From positions 6,696,001-6,760,000 of the forward strand of contig OX597817.1 in assembly GCA_951406725.2 (NCBI GenBank): DNA of 64,000 bases, in the 5' to 3' direction. The first letter of the stretch is position 1, and each line of letters begins with the position of its first letter. Made by a program: the position numbers and the translations under genes. This document shows, piece by piece, positions 26,534 through 41,429 of this stretch. The notes beneath the pieces were generated by a model. It ran no database searches. It was not told the origin of the DNA and saw only the letters and a list, made by a program, of their open reading frames with translations. This DNA is from Octopus vulgaris. Taxonomy: Eukaryota.

Positions 26534-27799
26534 TATCTATCTATCTTCATATCTTTCATTCTCTCTTTCTTTCTTTCGTCCTTACTTTCTTTCTTTCTTT
26601 CTCTGTATATATTTATACGTAAGTTTACGTGTGTCTGTCATTCTGAATATTTCAAATGGCGTAAATGTACTTGTGATTTTGTGAATTTTTCAAGCTTCAG
26701 ATTTGATGTAATCTAGCAGATATTGCTGAAAAATTCAGCACAAAATCCGAACAAACAGTGAAATATTGAGATGCGAAAAAGCAAAAATAAAATTGAAAAA
26801 TTGAATGAAAAGATTTCAAAATCGAATGCTTCACACTGCTTCTTCTCAATATCTGTTCTTTATTTGACCATATTTCGTTTCCTTCTTCACTTTTCAAAAT
26901 TATATATTCTGAATGCATTTCTCATATTTCTGCTGAAAACTGAATTATGATTTTTTTCATAATTTCCCTGCATAATCTGATGCTATGCTGGGTGTAGTGA
27001 TGGGAAGTTGCTGTGTGGTAATGGAACCCTTTGGACCATACCCCCAAAACACACTGTAGTTAGATCTGCTTCGCGGTGTTCTGAGGTTCAAATCCCACAA
27101 CGTTTGTTGTCATGCTTGTTCTTCGGCCCCTTTAGTGAAAAAATGTTGATTTAAAATTTTGACACAAGGCCAGTAATTTCTACTCCGAAAGGGATGAAAA
27201 ATAAAGTAGCCCTCGGCAGGATTTGAACTCTGAACGTCAAAACGGACGGAATACTGATAAGCATTCTGTCCAGTATGCTAATGAGTTTGGCAGATCGCCG
27301 CCTTACATCATTTACAAAATATTGATAAAATGAATACATATTAATCTGAGGTGAGAGAATCATTTTGTCTTACTTCAAGATTTGGTATTATGAGTAATAG
27401 CCATATACAGAACGCTAATTATGTATGGTATTGCAGCCCCATATAAAGGAAAAGACTTGAATTATCTGAAGCCACTTTCTCTTTAACAAATGGATTCAGT
27501 ATCAACATGTGAGAAATGTCTACGCGAGAGATGCCATTACAGGGTTCAATTTATTTTGGAATAGAATAAACGTAACGTTGAGATATTTTTCTCTTAGTAT
27601 AAAATATAAGGCAATATTGGTGTAACGGAAACTATATTGTATTTAAAATTGCTTGAAATGAAGGATATATTCGTAAACGAGATTGTAACCCATATATTAT
27701 TGTACATCATTTAAATTGTGGCTCGTATTGCACATCATTCATAATGTTATTGTTGCTTATAGCTCTATGATGCTCATTAATTTCGGATCCACGTTGGCT

Positions 27800-28222
27800 G
27801 TTCTTTTGAGCGAGCAACATATTTCGTCATGGGTTAAACCGTGTAATGGTAACAGCTAATAAACTTCCAACTTATTTCTCATTCACAGAAAATAACTATC
27901 CTTACATTAGAAGTGAGGAACTTTTATCCGAGTTTATATCTCGAATTACTAAGTGAATGATTATTGGCTTGAATGTTATCCAAATCTGTTATATCGCACG
28001 TTAGGATGACCTCTACTCAACTCCTCGACGTCTAGACTTCTCCCTCTATATCTACGTATTGGGCTAGCCTACTTCATCTTCTGGGGACATCGACACAACA
28101 AAATCCAAGAATTTTCACTCTCAAATTGTCTGATTTATTTAGGTGTAAACATGTACTGTGATGTTTGATTATTTGTCAATTATAAGCCATAGAAGAAATT
28201 GAAATATTTAGCTGAAATTGCC

Positions 28223-28258
<36 letters not shown>

Positions 28259-29250
28259 TAGAGTAGCATTGTTTCAATTATAGAAGCACCAGGCACATGT
28301 TTAAAGGTAGGTAGTGTTTAGCTGTTTCACATGCGATCTCACAAATAGCGATACACCGCATAAACTCCGCCATTTTTGGATCGTGTTAGATGCCCCAATA
28401 AATCTAAGTCAAGTCAATTCTGAGGTTACCAGCCACTTAATTTTTCATAGAAAGGGGTAAACTTAATGAAATAAGAGAACAAATGAATTAAAAACCATAC
28501 TCAACTCTACAACTATTGTAATTATTAGTTTACTTCTTTAGAAATTTTCCAGTGCACTTTTCCCGTTCCGTGTAATATATTGTTTATTTAAAGACTAATG
28601 CAATTATGATGATAAGTCGGTTTGCCGAATTAATGCATTTCCAGTATATAACAACATTTCAAACTTTACTGCTGGTATTATGCCTTTTCTCTAACCAAAC
28701 CTTTTCAGTGACCAATTTCCCTATCTTTAAACTGCTGCAATATATGAGATAATTTGCCGCTTCAAGAAGTACTTATACAATAAATATGAATGTTTAGATG
28801 GCTTAGACTCTTATGTTCCTAAAAACGTTTCGGGTTATAAATCCAAGGAAATTATTCTCTCGTTCGTTGGAATTTATGTAAAGTAGACATAAACTTCAGC
28901 GCCCGATTCCTTGCAATTAGTAAATAATCTCTGGAGATCCATCCATGTAAATTGGTGAAACATGTAAAATATTAATGAGCCGAATTATCTGCAGTCCATG
29001 CCAAGTTCATACCTGCAGTAGTAGTGCAAGGGAATTTGGGTCCTTTCAACATACGCATTATCAGTGTTTACAGTTTATTTCAATGACCAGAAAACCGCTG
29101 TAGATGCCAGGTAAATTCCATGTAATTTTTACAAATATTTAGGTGAGTAAATGATATGAGTTAGATATAAATATCAACGGAAATTTCGTAGCAGTTTCAG
29201 CTGTTTTGCAGCATATTGCTTATTTATGGACCCTGCGTATTATATTGATT
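27800..29250 (+). mobile_element. Heavily decayed Penelope-like relic
   Basis: Degenerate motifs in expected order: MLSKSVISHVRMTSTQLLD (~27975), IFTLKLSDLF (~28110), IGET (~28951). Manual translation only. Confidence 0.35.
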
Positions 29251-29974
29251 TATATGAGTGTAAGTTACCTTAACATATTGTTGCCTCAATTGTAGTAAGT
29301 AAATGGTATTTATTAGGCCAAGGAGCATCTAGGAATAGCACACACATATATCTAAAATTATATCGTACTGTTTTAAAGGAGGAAAGATCATTGGATAATG
29401 TTATCCTGGATGTATTACATCCGAATGGAAACATGATGGCCATCATTAGAACTGTTGGTGCTGACCTAGGAAACTAAATGATACCTAATTTATGATGCAG
29501 AAAGAATTTCAGCTTTGTTGAGATTTGTTAAACCCAGAAAGTAATGGGACATAAATATTTCAATTCATTCAGACCATCGTTCTATTGTTTCTACCACTCC
29601 TCTTAAATACAGAATCTGGAATAATAGAAATCTACAGTAGAATATTTAAAATATATTTCAGTTTTTTTCAGAAAAAGTCACTCCTTTCTTTTGCCTAAGG
29701 ATTTATTACATGAGGTATAAAATGGAAAACAGCCTACAGTAGTTTCTCAACTTCGACTGTCGTTCAAAGATCTATACATTAATAATAAATGAAGATTGGG
29801 GTAGAAAATAGGCAGACTAGCAAAAAGAAAAACATCTTCTTTAAGCATGGTATTTCCAACAGTTATATGATCCTGGATATATTTAATGGTATAATTTTGT
29901 CTTTTTTACCTACTTTTTGTTTGCGTGTAGATGCTTCCCCATAGGAGAGTAAAAGCAACAGGTTATATTTAATT

Positions 29975-30205
29975 TATTTCTTTATTGCCCACAGGAGGCT
30001 AAACATAGAGAGGACAAACAAAGACAGACAAAGGGATTAAGTTGATTACATCGACCGCAGTGCATAACTGGTACTTATTTAATCGACCCCGAAAGGATGA
30101 AAGGAAAAGTCAGGCTCAGCAGAATTTGAACTCAGAACGGAACGGCAGACGAAATACAGCTAAGCAGTTCGTTTAGCGTGCTAACGATTCTGCCAGTTCG
30201 CACCT
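29975..30205 (-). mobile_element. SINE family A
   Basis: Homologous along its length to 3611-3837, including the tail. Confidence 0.85.
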
Positions 30206-30420
30206 TAACAGGTTATATATAATGGATTAAACGAAAGTCATATTAAAAGATTAAAACAGATATCTTTCAAACATTCGAAGGATAATCAATAATCTATAGC
30301 ATTACGATATATTGATTTTCTATAGTAGTTTGAGAGAACTTGGTACATCAAAAAGAATGAATGAAACAAAAAAGAATTGAGACCTAAGTCGATAGGTAGA
30401 TATATAGACAGACAGATAGA

Positions 30421-30670
<250 letters not shown>

Positions 30671-30673
30671 TCT

Positions 30674-31011
30674 GGGACCCCCTTCGGTCACGACACTGAC
30701 CATGGGATTGCACCTAGAAAGTTACCTTCCTAGTCACAAGTCTGAGCAAGGTGGTTTTTTATGGAAGACCAGCAGTCGCCCATGCATACCGGCCTCCCCT
30801 CTCCACGCCACCAGTGTTATCCAAGGGAAAGGCAAAGGCCGATACAGCTTGACACCAGTGATGTCGCAACTCATTTCTACAGCTGAGTTAACTGGAGCAA
30901 CGTGAAATAAAGTGTCTTGCTCAAGAACACAACACGCAGCCTGGTCCGGGATTCGAGCTCACAACCTCACGATCGTAAGCTCGACGCTCAAACCACTGAG
31001 CCATGCGCCTT
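30674..31011 (-). mobile_element. tRNA-derived SINE family D
   Basis: Head AGGCGCATGGCTCAGTGG (A box)...GCTCGAATCCC (B box), then a GTGTTCTTGAGCAAGACACTT central domain. Confidence 0.85.
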
Positions 31012-31899
31012 CACAGTATATAACAGCATACATACATACATACATACATACATACATACATACATACATACATACATACATGCATACATGCATACATACA
31101 TACATAGTAAATAGTAAAATAGTAATTGTAAGAAATCGATCATTTCTAACACGGTAGGTTGTGCCACCATATAATAGTGTGTCATCCAATAGTAATACAT
31201 TAATAGGTAAAATGCGTGTCACTAGAGTGATTACCTGGTGCGGCAACATTGATCCAAATATTTCAATTTCTGTATCGTAGTACAGCAGGTGTGATATCTG
31301 CTCGTAAAATCTGCAAGGGGGGCTGGATTTCCTAGTTGGTGCTATTTCAGTGCGATTCTCCCATTAATAACATTCAGAAAGCTATAAACGTCACAGCAGT
31401 TTTTGCCATACTGAATTTAATTATAATGTTTTTGATCCTTGTGAAGTGAGAGAAACTATGTGGTTAATTATATTTCACTCTCACCAATTTCAATATATTT
31501 TATGAGAAGAAGGCATCCTACGGTTCTAATATAAAGGATTCCATATGTAAAGTGATTCCACTTATGTTAGTGTGTGGTAGTTTATGAAGCGTAAATGAAT
31601 TATGAAAACAATTTCAAAAAGCATTGCAACTCCTTGGGAGATTAAATATAAAGGAAAATAGAGCAAAGTTGATTTTTTTTATTCATTATGTCACAGATTT
31701 CAGGTAAGCAATTCCGTTTTCAATGTGTAAATATAACCCGGAAATATATAAGAAGCTGTAGCATAGCTTTAGAAATTAAAATGTTTGAACGAAAACTCGT
31801 CGTTCATGTGGGGAAATTGGGGCTGAAAATCATGCCCCATAAGATATCTTATATGTGTTCAAGCAGAAAATGAAGTTAAAAAGTGTGCTGTGTAGCAGC

Positions 31900-33368
31900 T
31901 AGTGAGTGCAACAAGGTAAAGCAAAGGTCTTCATTTGATTTTTATTTGACTTAATAACGTCATCTTAAAATGACATTATTTAATAGCAGGTCTGTGCAAT
32001 TTCGGTCAGAATTTCTCATGATAAAGACTTGATAAAGGCTTGTCTTGTTTACGGTATTTTCATAAGATTATTATTATTATTATGAGGCACGTTGAACTTC
32101 TGCCAAAGCACAAATATATAGAAGCGAGCCATTTCTTCAGCAGGCAATCTTGTAAGGAATACCTTGAATGTATATCCATCTTCTTTTCTAAAGTTAACTT
32201 AATGAATAGCAATGGTTATGCTCATATCCCGAAGTTTGAAAAACTTATGAAGGAGATTTCAGTGATTTGCAGAATTTCTTGAAGTTGAACTTTTGGTGAC
32301 AACTTACAGAGGAAAGAGGGTTCCACTAATTACCAACATTCTTTGGAACAGTGTGACATTTGTGATTCGATCTTCTATCTCTCAGTATCTGTTAGTAATA
32401 AGTAAGGTAGTCATATTAGCATGCAAGTAAGAGCTAATTTCTAATGGTGGACGAAACTGAGTAGGCGATTTTCCTGTCGACCCTATTGATAGTCTTTGCT
32501 TTATCAGTTAATCTGAATTAGAATCAGAGCAATTTTAGAGTATAAATTCAGTGCTGAATTTAATCTCCTCTAGAACATGTGAAGAGGTGTATGTCAGGTA
32601 TATATATATCTAGTTTACAAGAACATGGTCATCAGTTGGTGAACTCCAGGAGTATCAGCCGATCGATATAATTAACTGACCAGTGCATCCGACAGGATAC
32701 CAGATCTCACTGGTAGAACTTGTCTGTGGCTGTGTAAATATGTGTGAGTGTATATTTGTTTGCGTGCTTGTGTATGTGTGTTTATGTGTGTGTGTGAGTG
32801 TGTGTGTGTGGTGTGTATATGATGCCTGAAATTATGCGTTGTCCACAATAAAAGAGAAGTGCTATTGGTGTACTTGACAGACAAGAAAATATTTCTGACC
32901 GGAGATGCGCCAATCTGTCAGTAGTTAGGCTGATTGGAGAGCAGATGTCGAGTTGTTTAACGAGTAGTGTAGGTTGAAAGAAATACCACAAGGTGAATGT
33001 GTCTTGTGGCAAAAGATTTAGAATTCCGTCATTGGAGCTGTTGACGTGTCCAGGGATGTCTTGCAGAATAGTCTTTAAGATTTGTGGGAAGAGGTAAGGA
33101 ATTTTGAGTAAAGGCCTATGCTAGATGCAACTGATCTAATCTTAAATTTGGATTAACGTTTTCAAGTTTTATTAAGTTAGTACTTTGTGGAAGTATGCTG
33201 CTTCTAGTAGCAAAGTTGGTTTTAAGTTCAGTAACGATTTTTCCATAGTTATACCAGTCTGCCTAGTTGATATTCATGGAGTCGAAGTTAATGTAGTTAC
33301 AGGTAATCTTAGTATATAATTCTCTGCCGTCATGTATTTGTGTTAGATTGCAGAAGATTTAGAGGGAC

Positions 33369-33417
<49 letters not shown>

Positions 33418-33900
33418 CAGAGAGAGACAGACAGACAGAGACAGGCAGACAGACAGAGAAATTCTTTCCATATGTAAGCGGGAGAACAATGAGTTATTAT
33501 ATGTGATACGTGTTTGAAAAGTTACAAGTTCACTTGTAGAAACGTTTCAGAGTTGTATGTATTTTCGAATGCTGAAGTTAAATCAATTTAAGCATTGCAA
33601 GTTTGATACAAAGATAAATTTGGGAGAGTGTACGTTGAGAAAGGATTCTCACAATGTTGATTCATTAGGCTTCATGAAGTGCTTGAACTTTCCACTAATT
33701 ACTGCTTTCCTATAAACAGATCCTTTGCAGAATTTAATGATGCACACCCTGAACTTAGCTGTCTCATTCCCTTTCATAATCGAGGAGGTGAACTGAGTAT
33801 CATCCATACCATTTTTTACAGTTGATATTGCACAATTTTGTGACCTTTAAGTTACATAAATCAAAAGCTGTTTTCAATTTGTGCCCAGTTTATGACTCTC
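31900..33900 (-). mobile_element. Decayed Penelope-like retroelement (RT + GIY-YIG)
   Basis: The - strand gives, in order: QILKTILQDIPGHVNSS (~33070), LLVKQLD, FIVDNA*FQ (~32840), QVLPVRSGILSDAL (motif B-like, ~32700), RYI (~32605) and QGIPYKIAC*RNGSLLYIC (32100-32166, GIY-YIG-like). Boundaries approximate. Confidence 0.55.
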
Positions 33901-35417
33901 GTGTTTACATAAAGGAAATCTGCCTTACAATTTTATTTCAAATACTCTCATCATAGAAGAAAATCGGCACCTGCTATATATAATTATAGGAAATTGCCAT
34001 ATATAGGTATGCAAAATTTAGGGTTCTTGGTAACAAATATTTAGAAATAAATCCTGCAATGAACTATAATCATATTAGATATTTCGGCATCATTGTTTAT
34101 CTTTTGTGATGTTTAAACCAAGATTTCTGATTCCAAAGTGCTCGTCGCCAACATTGTTCCCTACATATTATCATATATATTTTTTTGTAAGGCAATGACC
34201 TGGCAGAATCGTCCCCCTTTATGTTTTGAGTTCCAAATCCACTAAAATTGTCGCTTCCTTTCATATTTTTGTAGTCGGTTAAATAACTGTGAGTTGATCA
34301 CTGGGGTCAACGTAATTGACAAGCCCCCTTCCAGGCCTTGTGACTATAGTAGAAGGAATAATCATATATTTTATTAGAAATGGTTGTATTGATTCTTCTT
34401 AATTTATTTCTCGCTGGGAAACTGTTTCTGGTCGTAGAATCGTTTTGAAAACTCGGCTTATGGCACTTGCAATATAAAGGATTTTATCTCCTTTTTAATT
34501 TAATTTCAAGTAAGCTCTGCAGTTGTCTCTATATTTATTTGCCAATTGCTGTCTCAAGAACGTAACTCAGACATTGGATAATTATTGATTGACAAAATAA
34601 TTTCAATCCTGAATTAATATTAGGATCGATACGGTTGAGTAAACCGTTGATTATCTCACCCTATCATGTACCAATGAAATGAGATCCCCCAGTTAAAAGT
34701 ATGTCATTGAGTATATATAAAAGTGTATTTATAACGTTATACCATTAACACCTTCTATGATATGACACCGATATCTGTGTAGAATCAAGATGGAAATAGC
34801 GACCTTCAGTGACCTTTATTTGGCTTTGTCATTTCCGATGGCACTGAAAGTGCTTCCTTAATGAAATATAAACTTAAATAAATATGCATTAAAAATATAT
34901 AATAAACGATAAATATAATACTTATGTACTATACTATAAATGAGTATTTTGAACACTGGAGTCTCGAATAAACTATTCACCCAATCTGAAATGGCATATG
35001 TCGGTACTTCATATTACTAACCATTGCTATATTGACTTCCTTACAGCTATTTTTGCTACACACATAGAAAACTTTAAAAGGCAAGATAATCTCCAAAGCA
35101 ATTCGAAACTTCATGACATTTGCTAGTCTTCTTCGGTTCTGTAATTGGAACTCAAGAAAATTGTTTGTATTAGCTACTGTGTAATAACAATCTAATTGTT
35201 GGAAGGCGTCTGACAATAGGCAGATATTTTATTCGACTATGGGAATAATCCCTGCTTGCAATGAATATATAATCAGTAGGACGATTCTGTAAGGATATCA
35301 GGACAGAATGACTGCAGAATTGAGAAGTGAAAAGGAGGTGAGGCTGTGTGAGAGAGGGAAGAGGGGGGGACATTTAGGAAAGAAAAGAAAAAAATTGGGT
35401 GAGAGAGAGAAGGAGAG

Positions 35418-35472
<55 letters not shown>

Positions 35473-36543
35473 AAAGGGAGATGGGTCAGATTTAAATTGT
35501 TCTTCAGAAAGAAGAGAGTGCACATAAACTTCGAGAGAAAATGATTCTCACATAGGAAATAAAATATATCTCTATTCTATGGAAGTGATATTTTGACGTA
35601 AGTTACTCTCCAAAGGAGCGCATGTATTTGATGTCAACAAATTATGTTTAAGGAAATAGCAATTAATTTTTATAGTGCTATGTTTCATGTAATGCATCAC
35701 GGCTTTGTGGTGTTCGACTTTCTTTTATTTTTCAATTACTTTTTTATTATGTTCTCAAATTACTTTTGTATGTAATCGCAGAAAATAACTTCTTTGGATG
35801 TACATTTATAGGCAACCGTAGTATTTTTTCCTTCATTGTTTTGATATTTTTAAAGTTTTATTCTCTCTAAACATGCTGTGTTTTTAATGTATTCTGTCAA
35901 ATTTTATAACAGAACACACCAAGAAAAAGTAAGTTCATTGTTTGAGTGCATTTGTATGTTTGCGTGAGCAATAACCATCTATTAAGAACAGGATGTATCT
36001 GCCGACAGAATATGAGTTCAAATTCACTTTATGGAGCGTTCCACTTTCTTTTGCGACTTAAGTTACCACGTACGAAAAGCACCATTATTTTACCTTCAAG
36101 TTTAGTAAAAGCAATATGTAAAACATAGTTGATTTTTTTGGAAGGTAGAAATTATACTTTGGTATGGATTATATAAGAAATAATCTAACGTTATTGCAAG
36201 GCATGAGTGAATGTAATTGAAAGTGAATGTCTGCCGTATAGATTTTTGCGCACAAATTTTCGAAGACAAGCTACACATTGCCATAATTCACAGTGGTGTC
36301 CTGAATCTTAATCATCATAGATTATTATACTATCAAGAGTCATATTTTTGAATCGGTAAGTTAAGTAACGTTTGGTGATAATGTTGTTGACTTTAGAAAC
36401 TTTTTGGACATTTTCACTTCATTGATTGTAGATAGATAGAGAATAAAATGTATTTTTTTGTCTAAGTAAATCTGAGGTGCAGGCCATATATGAATATACG
36501 TACATGTTGCAACATTGTTGCCTACTACTAATATTACTACTAT

Positions 36544-36590
<47 letters not shown>

Positions 36591-38559
36591 TAGCAGCGTG
36601 CAGTTAATACGATGAAAATGGTTTCATACAAATATATTCACAAATTTCAATGGTTACTTTGAATGAAGATTACACCTTTGCAATGTTGTTGAAAGAGATA
36701 GCAGAGCTGCTTTAAACTATTCAGAGGGTGGCCTTACGAGGAATCATTGCTTAAAGACTACAATTTAAATGAATTAGGTTTAACTGGGTTTAACTCTTGA
36801 GTGCGCGCGCCATCTTTTCCGCATGTGTATGACAAAAATGAGTAAAAGAATAAAACGTGTCTGTAATGTGACATTGCATTGCGTTATTTCACTCTCATTG
36901 AATCTTATAAGAGAATATTTATTACAAGTGAGTTTTGACAATGAAAGAGGGTGGACCTTCATATAAATTACTATCATTGAAAAATGCAGAATTGTTTTGG
37001 CATGCCAGTGTGCTATATTCTTGCGAATGCAGGCTTCTATCTGCTCCAACAACAAAAATGAAACTCTTTTGTTGCTGTTGTTGTTTTGATAAACTTGTTA
37101 CCATAAGTACTCTCAGTAATAATATGTTCTCTCAATAAATGTCAATAATTTCTCTTTTAAAGATTTTGTAGTGTGCTGGCTTTTAGTATATTTGGTGTTA
37201 CGCTTCGACTTTTTTCTATCATCTATGTCATCATGAAAGTTAAAATTAAATCTATGAACATACTTTTCTTTGCTTCAGCCCTTAATAAGCTGACTTTCAA
37301 AGGAAAATATTTATGATGTCATACAGTTTCAACTTGTCGTGACCAAACTCCAGAACGCATCAAATACACATTGAACGGATCAAGTGACAAGAATACGTTG
37401 ATAATAATTAAATTCAACCAAATATTTAGAGAAATAGAAATGTATAACAGAAAAAAAGAGAATATGAAATTGCAAATCAAATGAAAATATCTCCGATATG
37501 ACCTTAAATTTAAAGAATGACCTTAAAAATTCCTTCTTTTTGATGATGTCAAAACTACATTTCCTCTCTGTCTTGTTAATGTTATGTCTTTGTATATTTC
37601 TGTGTGCTACCTTAGGCTTGAATATATGTTAGTCTCTGCGTACGTGTGTGTGTGTTTGTGTGTTCGCGCGTTTGTCAATATGTGTATATATATATATATA
37701 ATTTTCCTTATGTGGAATGAAATGAACGAAAGCATGATCTTAACTTCACTGGATTGATTCTAACTTCAACGTGTGTTTTTTAATCTTTTATGATTTATTT
37801 TTCGTTAGATTGAATTTATTGAAAATTACGTACTCTTGTTTATGAAGTAATAGATTGATGAAAAATTTATTGATCTTCCAGTCAATAAGCTGTCTAAGAT
37901 ATTGTGTCATGGATTATATTATATTAGAAGTTTATATTAAAGAAAAACGCCTTTTATCACAGGGTATGCGAATATACGACTGCGATTAACATTTTGGCGG
38001 ATAAGTCGTCTGGTTATCTGTTATTAGCAGACAACGGTGGCTTAAATGGCTTAAACCTGCAGATATATTGATTTTAGAGACCTTCCCATTATTAGATGGA
38101 TAGAAAAGAAAGTTAAAAATAATAAATAGGCTTTTCATAATTCAAGTGAGGGAAAAAGCATTAAAATTCGATTGGAATGTCGGCTTGCATCAAGTTTTAA
38201 TGAGAAAGAATTTACGGGTCATTCTAGCAGCTAGAAATAACATCCGAATAACCTTCACATCACACTCTACAGTCGTTTCAACTGTGGATATAATGGAAGG
38301 TATTGTTCTGCCGAGAGACAGTATTGTTATGGAAAATACTATCTGCGGAAATACTAGCTGTAAAATTAACCAAAATAATTAGTAGTAAAAATAATAACAG
38401 TAAAATAGTAGTAAAAATACTAATTGTAGTAATAACAAGAGCAACTAAAATGGCAAAAAATTCATTATTAATAACTATAATCATATAGTTAATAATAATG
38501 GTTTCTTTTATTACGAATACTACAGTTGCTCCTCTTTTTCCTCCTTCTCCTCCTCTTCT

Positions 38560-38594
<35 letters not shown>

Positions 38595-41042
38595 TTAAAA
38601 TAATAATGCTATCTAATATAGGGACACGGAATGAAATTTTAGCTCTCAGTGTACTTATTTAATCGAACGATCCAAAAAGGATGAAGAGCAAAAACCGACA
38701 TCAGCAATATTTGAACTCAGGAGGTAGTGCCAGAACAATGCTCTTAAGCAATTTGTCCAACATCCTAACGATTCTGCCAGCTCGATACCTTAATGATAAT
38801 AACAATGATGATGATGGTAGTTTCTGGTAAGCAAGCTTTGATCTTCTACTGCCAATATCAAACCATCTGTCTCTGCTTTCAGTCCTGAAATTCTCAGCCA
38901 CTGATGGGTTGTTACCATGAGGATAATAGTAATAATGATACACCCCTTCCACGTGACGAGTGGTATGTGGTAGTCTTTATGAATATTGTCAGTCAGTGTC
39001 AGTATGTGTAGAGAGTGCGAGGTATACGGTCATAGATAGTTGTGGTCTTACTTGTCTTACTAACTATGCTGCTTTACCGGAGTGGTCGTTATAGCGTTCC
39101 AACAGAGGGCTACACTAGTGGCGACGAGGAATTACTAGACTCAAGAGGATTTAACAAACGCACGAGAAATTAACAAACTCACAAGGAGTTACGAAACTCA
39201 CAGAATTTTTGTGCGAAATTTGCGATATACCAAACCGTAAAATTATGGAAAAATTGTTGTGCAGTTTGCTCAAGTTCCAAAAACAGTCACAACAGCAATT
39301 GAATGAACAACAACAACAACATCCGCTACAACTTCAAAAACAACGACACAAACAACGACACCAATTACTATTACAGCAACAAATGCTGCAATTACTGATG
39401 AGCAAATCGTCAGAAAACTCTGGTAACATGTTTGCGCCAGATTATTTTGTAAAAACGATAATAGAGTTTAAGTATGAACCAGACGAAGGAGTTACCTACG
39501 AGGCGTACTGTAAATGATACGAACAAATTTTCAGTAAAGAGGGCAAAGATTAGGACGATGATATGAAAAAACGTATAATCTTTAGAAAGCTGGCAGCAGG
39601 AGAACATGAGCGCTACAGCAATTACGTTCTCCTAAAATTCTGGCAAATTTTAAAAATACAATAGACTTACTGTGTAAAATTTTTAGAGAAGAAAGCTCGT
39701 TGGAAATGTTTGAACATAGAAAAGAACAGTGAGGACCACATCACATATGCTGTTAGAGTTAACAGGGAATTTGAAAATTTCAAACTGGACTAGTGAACGC
39801 CAGATATTTTCAGGCACCTGATATTTACTCAGGAACTAACTGCAGGGAAAGGCACAGAAGTAAGAAAAAGATTTCTCGCTAAGCTGGATTATAATCAAGC
39901 TGTAACCTTACGAGTATCAGAAAAGTGTGAAAGAATAGTAAATTTAAGACACGACACAGAGAAAATTGAGAATAAAAATTCCTCCCAAGTGAAATAAGTG
40001 CGTCAGAAAATACGAATGTAAACTGTGTACTAAATACAGCACAAACAGACCAAGAATCAGGAAACAAACACATGTTTTGTATGTAGAGGTCTACACCTGA
40101 GAAAAAAGCTGCCCATTTAAGACAGTGGAATGTTTCCGTTGTGGCAAAATTGGACACATAAAAGCACACTGTAAAGCCAAGATGACAAAACTTTGGATCA
40201 AACAAAAAAGAATAAACAAGATGTCGAAAGAAAATGGTAATATAACAAAGAGGAATTTCGTAAATGGGAAAATTGAAAATGCAATTAGAGACTGAAGGTG
40301 ATATTACAATTGTGAATGAAGAAACTAGGAAGTATATTGCTAAGCCGAAATTAATTAAATCTACGAAAGTAGCACACGATGTTACATGTACCTGATTGTA
40401 TTTTGGGTTAGGGGTACCAGATTGTATTTTGGGTTACGAGTAGCAGATTGTATTTTCTTCTCAAACGTAGACCTCTAGGATGCTCATCTATGAATCCAAG
40501 TAGAAGAATACTCACACTTATTAACCATCAATACATACCGTGGCTTATTTAAATTTAAGCGGCGTCTCTTCGGTGCAAAACTGACGCCTTTCACATTTCA
40601 GCAGATAAAGGATACAAAGCTGGGTGACTGTGATTTTGCTATCGCCTATTTGGACGATAGCCTAATAAAAAGCGAACCACACGAATAACATATAGAACAT
40701 GTTAAAAGGGTATTCAAGAAAATTAGAGAATACATCTTGAGGTTAACGGAAGAAAAATGCGAATTCCCCATGGAAAAAATTAAATACTTGGGGCAGATAA
40801 TAGATAAAAACAGACGGAAACCGTATCCCTCCAGAGTAACTGCGATAACAATATACTCACACTGAGCATACTTGGGTTTAGTTAATTACTATCAAATTTA
40901 CATTACCAATATACATAATGTAAGGACCCCGCTAAATGATCTGTTAAAGAAAAAGGCAAAAAGGGTGCTGGACTGATAAGGGCCAGAAAGTATTTCACAA
41001 ATTAAAAATCATTTTAACATCATACTTATCATTAACGCGAGT

Positions 41043-41429
41043 GGAGGCGCAATGGCCCAGTGGTTAGGACAGCGGACTCGCGGTCATAGGATCGCGGTTT
41101 CGATTCCCAGACCGGGCGTTGTGAGTGTTTATTGAGCGAAAACACCTAAAGCTCAACGAGGCTCCGGCAGGGGATGGTGGTGATCCCTGCTGTACACTTT
41201 CACCACAACTTTCTCTCACTCTTACTTCCTGTTTCTGTTGTACCTGTATTTCAAGGGGCCAGCCTTGTCACTCTCTGTGTCACGCTGAATATCCCCGAGA
41301 ACTACGTTAAGGGTACACGTGTCTGTGGAGTGCTCAGCCACTTACACGTTAATTTCACGACCTGGCTGTACTGTTGATTCGGATCAACCAGAACCCTCGT
41401 CGTCGTAACTGACGGAGTGCTTCCATCCA
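41043..41429 (+). mobile_element. Full-length SINE family C, tail variant 1, nested in Gypsy pol
   Basis: tRNA-like head GGAGGCGCAATGGCCCAGTGG...GGTTTCGATTCC; 12-bp TSD TATCATTAACGC at 41027 and 41430. Confidence 0.92.

Noticed and set aside
41043-41115. tRNA gene
   Set aside because: tRNA-like SINE head continuous with a SINE body and TSDs; the same applies near 31011, 51461 and 56980.
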